From contig NW_021835231.1 in the NCBI RefSeq assembly GCF_006345805.1, positions 1 to 40,053 on the forward strand: 40,053 nt of DNA, given 5' to 3'. The translations under genes were made by a program, and so were the position numbers. Origin of the DNA: Octopus sinensis (lineage: Eukaryota). Shown piece after piece: positions 1-10,369 of the stretch. Numbering within the stretch: position 1 is the first letter of the stretch; every line of letters begins with the position of its first letter. The notes under the pieces are model-generated. The model was not told where the DNA came from. It searched no databases and saw only the letters and a list, made by a program, of their open reading frames with translations.

Positions 1-277
1 AATCATCCATGCGTGGCTCTAGAAAATTGTTTTAAGCTTTTTTTCTATTGAATTTCTGTATTATTGTAGACCAGTAGATCGCTGATCCTTTGGTCTAATA
101 AATAAACACATGACACAGTTAGTTTTAATAAAACAAAATTTCTTCCACAGTATGAATAATGAAATTTACAGGTTAAAAAGACAAAAAAAAATTATTTGAA
201 AAAATTTTCTTTGAATTACTTATTTAGCCAGCAAAAAATTTTCCGTGATTTAATTTAATAATGATTTAAGCATCGAA

Positions 278-1330
278 TTGAAAGAACCGCTGAGTAAAGT
301 TGCCCAATTCGAACAAATGTCAATCGAACATGATGGAAGGTGTTTCAGCACTAACCATCTTATGTTAATAGATGAAATTAAACTATTCGCTCGGTCATCG
401 GAGATCTTCCACTCGATGGGTAAAGCCTTGGAAGCTTTCATGAAGGTCGTAGGTCTGGAGCTCAACTACAACAAATCGGCGACTAACACCTATGTGTGTA
501 GTGACCTAGTCAAAGTCTTGAAGGAGCACCAAGGGTATAATTATTTTGGCGTGGTTGAGAGCCTAGCCTCATTAATCACACCCGAAACGAGAAAGTGTGT
601 AGTGAAGGGTGTGCGTAGTAGGGCGGCAATGTGAGCAATAAGGAGAGATTATACTGCAGCTAGGACGTGGACTGAGTAACATCGTACACTTAAATGAGCA
701 AATTCTTACTAAGATGCGTGACATCTTGTGGAGTGGGTCGAGTGTATCCAACAGAAGGTTGCCATCCTAGCTGCTGAAAAAGCGCGTAGTGCACACCTAG
801 GGACCATAAAAGACTATATGTTGCAATGTATGGTCTGAGTGTTACCCAAGTTAATGTGAAATAGTTGATCAAACTTCAGAGGGAATCCCTAATTAAAAAG
901 ATGAACTTAAAAGTCCTTCACAAAACTCTCTTTAGCAGCTTGGACAACCTGTGGTCATCAACGTAGCTGAAATATAGGAATAACTCTCCCCGATCAGAAG
1001 GGTTGTTTCCATATTTGCAGGAAGAAAACTTTTTTAATGGTCAACAGAAACAGTGTAACCACTGTAAAAGTAAGGCGATGACCGTTGACCATTTAGCCAC
1101 GAAGTGCGGGAGTATGCTTTACAATGATTACATATGGAGACATAACGAGGTGATGAGGTCCATCCATCTTCTGCTCTGCAATAAGTATGGCTGGAATGAC
1201 ATGAAATAGACTGGTCACAAAATACCACAAGCGGTACTTAAGACAGCTTGGTGTAGATAAGTCTCTACAGGCTTATATGCAGTCAACTGTTCTTAAGAGG
1301 ATTCAGGAGAGTGTCTCGTTTGATGCTCGC
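278..1330 (+). mobile_element. Degenerate non-LTR retrotransposon, RLE type (R4/NeSL-like): RT C-terminal half, zinc knuckle and C-terminus
   Basis: 278-634 reads NHLMLIDEIKLF..VGLELNYNKSATN..GYNYFGVVE (RT domains 5-7, FIDD-like). 1003-1209 reads CNHCKSKAMTVDHLATKC..DYIWRHNEVMRSIHLLLCNKYG (CCHC knuckle). About 1210-1325 reads VTKYHKRYLRQLGV..AYMQSTVLKR. Stops, frameshifts and deletions throughout. Confidence 0.8.
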
Positions 1331-1580
1331 CGAATTTTTTGAATGTTTTTTCGTGGAAATTTTTTTCAAGTCAAATTCATCTTAATAGAATAAACGGCAA
1401 AAAATAAAAAACAAAAGAAATAGCAGCTGTCCTGTAACCATCCGATAAACGAATATTTTCAATGGTATAACTTCTGTATTTGTAATTTCCTTTTTTTGTT
1501 ATAATAAATTATTATTTTTAGAATGAATTAAATTAATTAATATAAAAACAATAACGTGCTTTAGTATTAACCTTTGTGAT

Positions 1581-1986
1581 ATGAAGTATTTGGCATCATA
1601 CGCTCTAGCTCAAATTGGAGGAAATAATGAACCATCATCTGATGAAATCTCTGCCATTATTAACGCTGCCGGTGGTGATGTAGATCTAGAAACCCTTAAT
1701 CATTTTATGTCTCTAATGAAAGCTGATTCGTTCGAAAACCTTATTAATAAAGGTGGGATGAAATTATTTCTAAACGAATCAGGCTCAAATATGCTATCAT
1801 GTGCTGGCGTATCTACTTCCGCTGCGCCTGCCTCTGCTACTGGTGCTGCTCCCGTAGCAGAAACAGAAGCAGCCGCTGCCCCTACTGAGACTGCAAAGAA
1901 GGCTCCACCTCCAGTTTCCAGCGACAGTTTGACGCCATCGTTATTAATCCTTAGGCGACTCGGACATTATGGATATTTTCGGATAA
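1581..1986 (+). CDS. RPLP2: 60S acidic ribosomal protein P2; 3 exons, introns 1753-1782 (30 nt) and 1927-1954 (28 nt)
   Basis: MKYLASYALAQIGGNNEPSSDEISAIINAAG N-terminus and Ala-rich hinge. Removing two GT-AG micro-introns gives ..LINKGSNMLSC.. and the acidic tail SSDSDSDIMDIFG*. Confidence 0.93.
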
Positions 1987-3713
1987 TTAATCTCAGTTTA
2001 TTGATTTTTTTCTTTGGGTAAATTGTTATTTGACAAATATTTGTTCAATTTTAAGAGTTTCGTATAATTAGTGGCTTTTCAGTGAATGAGATTTTTTAAA
2101 GCATTTGAAAATAGTCAGAAAAATCCTTTGCGTTTACTTTTTTGGTATTGCAAAATTAGTTATTCCACTCTGTTTTTATTCCTTTATAATATAGGCTGAT
2201 AGACTGTAACTGAGTGAGAAAATTTCGCGACTGTAAACAGTGTGACACGATTTCGAAATCTTTTAGTCTCTTCGAAACTTGAAGAAACTTGTTCTGCAGG
2301 AGAGTTTGTATTTGTCTTTTTTCATCAACAAAATTCCCGCACAGGCAGGTCGTAAAAAAATTGTTACAGACTGAGTCCAGATCGCGCCCCTTTACAATTA
2401 AGTGGAATTTTTCAAGACATAATTTATTCTAACGGATTTTAAAATCATGCTTTTTCTAATTAATTAATATGATGGGATAAAATAGATCAAAATCCATCAC
2501 GATTCTTTTGTAAACATAATTCTGATATAGGAGAAATTTGAGGCGACTATATCTAAGAAACAGTACTCAGTAAAATCGCAAATTCCAATAAAACATTGGT
2601 TCGATAAACTTAACAATCAAGATAAACTTACTTTAAATTATATCTAATAAATTTTATTCAATAAGAAATATATGTACACGCTATTTTGATCACTATTTTA
2701 ATACAAGAATTTATTATCAATAGTGGAATATCCCTCCGTAAGTTACTTGTAAAGGATTCGAGAGTAATTTCCTTAGAAATGTGTTTTGGGGACTGGATTC
2801 CTGCATCCACGACCGACAATGTGGATTGTCTGCTGACTTGTCCTGTACCATCAGCCATTAGTGGGAAATTAAGAGATCTCTAATCTAACAAATAATACAA
2901 ACAAATCCGAAAAATTTTCAACTCTGAGACTTTTACTCTGATTAATGGGAGTCTTACATTGGAAGACAGCCAACTTAGTTTGCTACTTTATGAACATAAT
3001 TATTTTTAACTCCAACATTAAAGTGGTGTCCTTAATTAGTCCAACAAATGAAACGTGCAAAAACGTTAACTTTACATTCATTAACAGACAAAGTCTTAGA
3101 TGGTAAAAATGACGGAAATTTTGGCACCCGAGGTATTGCGATGTCCATTTATTTAAAAAATAACTACTGGTATAATATCCAGCGGGACATAAAACTCAGT
3201 TATACAAAATTTATTCTAATAGAACATGTTATCCGGCATCAGTAAATAAGAGTCATCCTTATATCAGAATCATGACTGACTTAAGAATCATCATCTGCCA
3301 TACAAATAAAATAATTAAGAATAACACAATAGATAGCACACAACAAGAATTTAACACGTTAAATATAAATAAATTTATTATTTAATCAAATTTAAAAATA
3401 TTATGAAACACGTTTTAAAAAACGATTATATAATTGAATACTCCAAATAGTACGAGTCATATTATTAAATAGTATGACCAAAAATTTCTTGAAAATAGTC
3501 ATACTGTTTGGATGGCTACAGTATTTAGTCGTAAAATTATTCAATCGTAAAATCATATCAAAAAATAAACGATTAATAAAATCAATTTTTTCTCTCAACA
3601 CAACTAGCATAACGAGACATGTTCCCATATAAATAATCTTAGAAATGTGCCAATCTTAGTCGAGTTTAAAAAACCTGCTAAATTATGAAGTTTTAAAATC
3701 TTGAACGTAGAAA

Positions 3714-4730
3714 TCGCAAACATTAGTGTCAATGCATCAAGCATTAGTGTTCACGCGTCAAGCATTAATGTAAAAGCACTTGACATTAAATTTTAAACCG
3801 CTTCTTCTTTTGAAGCAAGCATTAACGTTTCTTGGTGAATTCCGTGTTAGAGTCAGAGCTATTATATGGACCAAAAAAGAAATACTATATCTCTTTTAAC
3901 CAAAAAACTGATTGCTGAACATTTAATTAATGGAAAATCTAACAAAGAAATAAGTGACTATCTAAATATACCACAATCCTCCATAACCCGAATACTTTTT
4001 CAATGGAGAAAATCCGGAGATTTTGACAGCAAATCTCGTGGTGAAAATTATTCTTCCTAATTGAATTATTTACACAAGCAATACGTCGAAAAAGCAGAAA
4101 CATATCTGTTTTGCGGCAATGAATAACTATGGAATCATTTTCCATGTAATTTTCAATTTTTCTTTAAATGGGAAAACTTTTAAAGAATTTTTGATCAAAC
4201 TTGATTAGAAATACTTGCATTAAAATCATGATATTCAATATCCATCATTTATGATATTTAATATTGAATATTTACCACCATACTGTCCTTTCATGAATCC
4301 CATAGAGATTGTATTCTCTGTATGGAAGCATCTAATGACATCTGAAAATCTCACGACCGAATCGGAGTTGAAAATGGATTTGTGAAAAGATGGATTAAAT
4401 AATAGTTGAACGCTGTGACCTTTTATATCGAAAAATGCTCAGATATGTTTCCCTTGCTGAGCAGAAAGTAACAAATAATGAATAGAACCTTGATTAATTA
4501 ATAAAATGTTGTTTTGAATTCTCTAAAAACGTCAATGCTTCCTTATATGCGTTTTAAAGGCTAATTTTTTTTACCTTTAACATCAATGCTTAAAGCGTGA
4601 ACACTAATTTTTGATAAAAAACACTAATTCTGATTCATCAACACCAATGTTTGAGGCATCAACGCTAATGCTTGGATAGTCAACACTAATGCTTTTCCTT
4701 TCGACGCTAAAGCTCGGGAAACCCTATAAT
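3714..4730 (+). mobile_element. Internally deleted IS630/Tc1-mariner-like DNA transposon with inverted arrays of about 21-bp subterminal repeats
   Basis: 3866-4060 is HTH-like (GKSNKEISDYLNIPQSSITRIL). About 4272-4385 reads LPPYCPFMNPIEIVFSVWK (DDE third-residue motif). AAGCATTAGTGT-type units at about 3717-3780 recur inverted at about 4575-4715. Confidence 0.75.
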
Positions 4731-4967
4731 AGAATTCAAAATTGTAGCATTGTAATAAGAGAAATTATTAGTTAGAATATACAAAAATAAAAATATTTGC
4801 TTAAATAAAATGAAGATATTTTTTAGGGTCATACTATTTGGAGTGGTCATACTATTTGAAGTTATCCGTTAATTTGAATCAGGTCAAAAAAGTTTAATTT
4901 GTCAATGGAGTGTCACATTTTTTCTCTCTGTTGAGAGAGTTAAACTCATTATAAACATAATGTAACC

Positions 4968-5760
4968 CTACATTGACAAATTAAACTCATTTAAAATGTT
5001 TGAAAAATCTTCAAGATAATACATTTTCGATTTAAAAGTAAAATCATCGAATTGACCGGCCCAATCATGCTGCATATTATCACGTAAAAACAAAGATATT
5101 GTAGGAGAAAGTTCACAAATTTTCGGAAGAATTTTTCCCTTTGAAAGCCATCTGATTTTAGAATGATAAAGTAGTATGGAATGATCAGTTCCCAACAAAG
5201 AGTTTGAAAAATTCGATGATTCAGTGCACGAGATCGAATATAGTTTATCACTTTTACAATAGTGTTTAGTGAGCTCATAACGACGAACACATAGTTTTTA
5301 AACAAAGTGCATATTTATGCAATGCACAATTTCTTGTAACAATATCAGAAACCAAATCCTTTATACAAGTAACAAGTCCAGATTGATGACCAATCATCCC
5401 AGGTGCATCATCAGTGCACCTATAGATTCAACTTTATCACATTTGATTTTATTCGTCTTCATAAAATTGTCAAAAATATTAGAAATGTCCTCTCCACGAG
5501 TGTGTCCATCCATCTCCAAACAAAATAAAAGGTCATCAATGATATTCACATCATCAACAAAGCGAACAAAGGACACAAGCTGACAGACGTTAAAAATGTC
5601 AGTTGACTCGTCCAATTGGATGCTTATCCTGCATTTACTCTTATTGATTCGTTTAATTAATTGCTCCAGGATATCACATGACAATTCTGAGATTCTACGG
5701 GAAAACGATTGAGAACCGCTGTTCTACGAATTTTTAATGATTCAAGTGGCAATTTGTTAA
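4968..5760 (-). mobile_element. hAT (Buster/Charlie, ZBED5/SCAND3-like) transposase remnant, frameshifted
   Basis: ISIQLDESTDIFNVCQLVSFVRF, IVKVINYIRSRALNHRIFQTLC and ILLYHSKIRWLSKGK lie in three different frames. No termini identified. Confidence 0.88.
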
Positions 5761-5994
5761 TCTACATTTTGTTAAAAATAAAGTAGATTAAATACCGATT
5801 TTTTGCATAAAAACTACATGTGCTGACTTATAAACGCGTTTTTTAAATGAACCTAAATATCTGTGGATTTTTTAAATAAAAAATACATTAAATACGAAAA
5901 TGATAATGATCAAATTCTTTTTATCACTTGTGAGTAGTTTTTAAATTATCGTTAGAAAAATCGAGATAATAGAAAAATGACAAATTAAATTAGA

Positions 5995-7557
5995 TTAAGT
6001 TGATATTTTTTGGAGAATGATTTGATAGATATCAATTCCTCGCAAAAAGGTATCAACGTTTAGATACTCATCATGGTCATGAAGAAGCACAGGGGTGTTA
6101 TTCATCGGGGAAAAGCCGAGGACTGGAAGTCCAGCCTGTTTATTGTTAGATTTAACCATGTACTCCGCGAAGATATCTTCCATCGGTTCCTGCCGGGAAA
6201 ATCATAGCCCGTGTTTCCAGTTCACTAAAAATTATTATAAATCATTTAAAATTAAGATGTAATTTAAGTCAATTATTGATTAGAACTCACAGTTCATCAA
6301 AAGCAGAAAAGAACAATTTACAAAACGGCGAATCAAGGGACGAAGGTTGAATTTGTTCACTATCCTGTCAGATATCACCAAAATTTAAATAAAACATATA
6401 TTTTATTGATACAAATTCCATTCTGTTCAGCTTCAGGGAAAACCTGATCACAGATTTCAATAAAGCTCGTGGTTGCAGCTATTCGTAAATCAAATGCTTT
6501 TAAATAGCTTAAATCAGAAAAAAACTGGCAGAAAGAGTAGCAGGGACAACGTTTGTCTGTACGCCGCCTTCAAGAACGGTTAAATTAATAGTTGTTACGT
6601 CCCCCAGTGTCAATGCGGGGTCTCTAAAATTGACAGTTTCATATTAACTCTTCAAGTTTTCGTCTTTCATTATTGCGAAAAGATTGCACTGCAGCAAGAC
6701 AGTTTGCCTGTACTTTAGAAATTAAAATTTAATACCATCTTCTCTCCTGCAGTGTTCTCCAAAAAGAGTGACCCATGACCTGGATTTCCCTGGCACGTCA
6801 ATTTGAATGCTATAAATCATTGAGGCCAAAAAATCAAACGCATTACAGTCCTTTCGCCATAAAAAACCGAAAACGTCGCATTTGGTGATGCGATTCCTAA
6901 AATTTGTAATAATAAAAACACCTTCATCAAGGGCAAAGCCAATGTTAAGAGACTTAAAATACTCACTCTTCACAAACATTGCCATTCCAGTCAGTCCACC
7001 AATTTCCTCATCTGATGAAAATTAAATAAAAATTATAAACCCGGTACTACGCTGACGTATATAGTTCGACGAGGAACATAACCTTCTTTAATGAGATTTC
7101 TGATAGCTTCTAAATATCTGACGTCAGTAAAATGAAAAATACTGAATTGTGACACATTTCATATCCTAGCCACATTTTTAACATATTTAAACCTGACTTC
7201 CACGTGCATAGATGTTCCCGTCATTGTCCATTTCTGCACTAAATGGATCAAACGTCCATTTCTCCTAAAAATATTTAAATTTACATATTAATACTTTGTA
7301 CACTGGAACAACGTCCATGTGAGAATTCAGTAAAATTGATTCCGCTTCAGGGTCATTCCCTTCCCACTTTATTACGAGAATCAGTTTTGTTGGATGAAGT
7401 TCTAAAACAGTAGGCTGGAGCCCTATTCCAAAGGCTAAATCAGAAAGAAATTTTACTGCAGGACCTGAAAGTGCTTTCTAATTAATAAAATGTCACCATA
7501 ATCAGGATCTGGCTGAACTGTTGGAAACCGCAGATATTCACGGAATGCATCGACCAT
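5995..7557 (-). CDS. ACY1: Aminoacylase-1 (M20 metallopeptidase family), multi-exon with 23-32 nt introns
   Basis: Spliced translation: [122 protein letters not shown]. The ACY1 metal-binding motifs are intact. Confidence 0.95.
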
Positions 7558-8635
7558 TTAATTAATTAGTTATTTATAACAAATTATTAATTTATATTAT
7601 GACTTAAACAATTAAATATAAGTCAATTTATTTGTCAAAAATTAAAAAAACTCCAGCAGGTTTTAAGGTGCTTCATCATTTTAGTCAGTTGGGATTTTTT
7701 TAATTAGTTTATCAATGATATTCCACATTGAAGTGTTTTGTTTTGGTCTGTAAACTTTAGTCTTGCTAACTTGTAGAAGGCCGGTAGCCATTAAAAATCC
7801 TGTAGCACGTTCCAATAAATCATATAGAGATAACAGTGGGTTTATTGAAAAGACAGATTACCTGAAACTTAGTTAATTGATTAGACCCGAGTTAATAGGT
7901 ATTATGTGTACTTCTCTACAAGATTGCCTATGAGAGAAGCAACCAAAAAAGCTAACAAAAAGATTTATAAGGGACTACTATATACGATTAAAACTATAAT
8001 TAACTAAATTCTCTAGCAAAAATTTTCTTGTATTAAAATGACGTAAATAAGAGTTTTGATTTTCAGCTACCATTTCAGTAGTTTGATTTTTAGCACATTA
8101 TATGGGTGAAAAATAATATATTTTAACTTTTGTACCATTAGTAGTGTCAGAACACCTGAGTACAGACAATAGAGGGCTGATAATGGTACGAATGTTGGGG
8201 TTTATTCGCGGTGATATTGTACAACCAATTTGCTTCTATTAAGTCCTTAAGTGCCGAAGGTTAACTATTTATTTACTGTAGATTATATTTTTTTCTGAAC
8301 TGATCAGTAATAGCTTTCGTCATAACTGATAAAACTCATTTTTTTCAAAAAATTTTTTAGATTAGTTTCATTTTTATAAAATTTTGTCAGTAAATAAAAC
8401 GTGTCAAATCGCAGCAAAATTTAATAAAACGTGTCATTTATACTTATTGGCAATTTATTAGTTTATTTTTGCTGGATCATTAGCTAGACTTTTGAAATTC
8501 AAGTGTAATCTATCGAAATACATAAATAGCTTTTATCAAATACAAAATATAAAATCCATTCTAATTTATGACGATCTAAATTTATTAATTACAATATAGA
8601 TGAAAATTATATTTATTAATAAGCGATATCATGCC

Positions 8636-8962
8636 GTTCCCCTGCCCTCGAGGCAACGAGTACTTCTGGCACGACACAGTTGAAAATGGGGATCTCTCAT
8701 CTTCCTTCCGGTCTTAGCGTGGCGTTATGGGGTCCACCATGCCAGTTGGAAATTCCAATCGGATATGGAAACGCTCAGGAGGCACTTAATGCCTACAGAA
8801 AAAAGGACTTCTAGAACTCAGACCCTGGGACATCGTCGTCTCAGGCCGATCATGCGGGCAGGATCGAACCTTTCAGTAGGATCTCCCTCGCTTGGATCGG
8901 CGATCACGGGGATTATAATAATTAACTGGCTTACCCGTCTGTGGTCTTTAAAAATAAAAAAA
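8636..8962 (+). mobile_element. 5'-truncated copy of a SINE-like retroposon with A-rich tail and 10-bp TSD
   Basis: Homologous to about 25900-26235 (shared ACGAGTAC.TCTGGCACGACACAGT and CCTGGGACATCGTCGTC). Tail AAAAATAAAAAAA. Perfect direct repeat ATATCATGCC at 8626-8635 and 8963-8972. Confidence 0.8.
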
Positions 8963-9148
8963 ATATCATGCCTGACGTAATCAGCTAGGTATTGGATACT
9001 TAACTAACGTATCAATCTTCTGGCTAATTAATTGTCAGCCTAGAATATATTTAGAATATGCTTAGTAATTTTTCATTTAAAGTCATTTTTAATGAATTTT
9101 AGTCAAATTTGTGCTATAAGCCTAAAATTGCTCAAAGTTTATCAGGTC

Positions 9149-9572
9149 CATTTCATATCCTAGCCACATTTGTAATATATTTAAACCTGACTTTTACGTG
9201 CATAGATGTTCCCGTCATTGTCCATTTCTGCACTAAATGGATCAAACGTCAATTTCTTCTTAAAATATTTAAATTTACACTTAGACGTCTCAAGACCGTG
9301 AGAACACACAATCCTCTGGAGACGAGATGGCTCCTCCAGAACGTGTCCCAAGCAATAGTGAGGGGAAACAGGATCGCCATCAGTTCTTCTTATTGACCTT
9401 AACAATCTAGACATAATTGAAACTTCAATTATTCTAGACATATAAAAATTGAAATATTCTTTAAATTTACATATTTAATACTTTGTACACTGGAACAACG
9501 TCCATGTGAAAATTTAGTAAAATTGATTCAGATTCAGGGTCATTCCCTCTCCAGTTTATTACGAGATTCTGT
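9149..9572 (-). pseudogene. ACY1: Partial genomic duplicate of ACY1 (source about 7152-7385) retaining two introns
   Basis: High nucleotide identity to the ACY1 exons and introns. Substitutions change conserved residues (ARGSQ>ARKSQ, EKWT>KKLT, NSHMD>NFHMD). Flanked by TCAAAGTTTATCA(G/A)GTC at 9132-9148 and 9573-9589. Confidence 0.9.
9280..9459 (+). mobile_element. Short 3' fragment of an RLE (CRE-like) non-LTR retrotransposon inserted in an intron of the ACY1 duplicate
   Basis: Absent from the parental intron. 12-bp TSD TTTAAATTTACA at 9268-9279 and 9460-9471. Translates to RWLLQNVSQAIVRGNRIAI*, resembling the QR(L/I)S.A(I/V).RGN end of RLE ORFs. Confidence 0.7.
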
Positions 9573-9849
9573 TCAAAGTTTATCAAGTCGATTTTTATCT
9601 AACCACAGTTACTCAAAAACTTTTAATTTTCATTTTTTAAGATTCCATTCTACGTTTTTTATTCCCACCATTCTTTTTCTATTCCATCTCTATAATAGCC
9701 CCTCGTTCTATAATTTTTTCATATCTGGGATGCAAATAACGTAATACTTTTTAAGATTCTCAAAATACTTTGCTCGACATTCGTAGCAGTTGCCACGTTA
9801 CTTCTCGCTAGTAAATCAAGCCATTATCTTTTCGATTTCTGATCAATTA

Positions 9850-10231
9850 ATGATAAAGTGACTATTCACTTTTTCATTGTAAAAATGTCAAACTTTACGT
9901 CTTAAAGTACAGAGATCTTAAAGCAACATTTATTGATTTAACATATCAAAATTTTTGAAATGACTATATCCGACTAAATAAAATTTATGTCTCACGGTAA
10001 CCTCGGTAAGGAATGAAGTTGAAGTCACATTCAGCTACAAATAATTTATAAATACTGTTACTAACATAATGGAAGAATATTAGCAATGTCTTCTATTTCT
10101 ATATAAAAAAACTAATTTTAACCATTGAGTCGGAGTGTGCAGGGTACATCTTGGTCTATATATTTAAGGGATTATTTAATGCAACTTGTGAGCGAGAAAA
10201 AGACAAACATGCAGATTAGCGTATTCCACAT
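9850..10231 (-). CDS. Candidate small secreted protein gene made of symmetric micro-exons (3' end uncertain)
   Basis: Exon 1 10231-10186 (MWNTLICMFVFFSLT, signal-peptide-like), intron 30 nt. Exon 10155-10123 (33 nt), intron 24 nt. Exon 10098-10066 (33 nt), intron 31 nt. Exon 10034-10002 or 10034-9996 (33 or 39 nt), intron 28 or 22 nt. All introns are GT-AG and phase 1, and the frame stays open: NQDVPCTLRLN/EIEDIANILPL/SECDFNFIPYR. Confidence 0.55.
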
Positions 10232-10369
10232 CTTATCTACGATTTATCTATCATCATAATTATAAATTGTTTTCAAGACGGAAAAAAATGATAAATCTTA
10301 TTCCATATAAAAATTAAGATATTATTATTTTAGCACTTCCCGTAGGAACGTGAACAGAATAAATCATAT

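Noticed and set aside
3717-4715. CRISPR-like array in the 21-bp repeats
   Set aside because: The units are contiguous and degenerate, with no unique spacers, no cas genes and a eukaryotic context.
7700-7960. Small gene upstream of ACY1 (candidate 27-nt intron with CTAAC at about 7750-7776)
   Set aside because: Splice models on either strand gave short products with early stops and no recognisable motif. Unsupported without RNA data.
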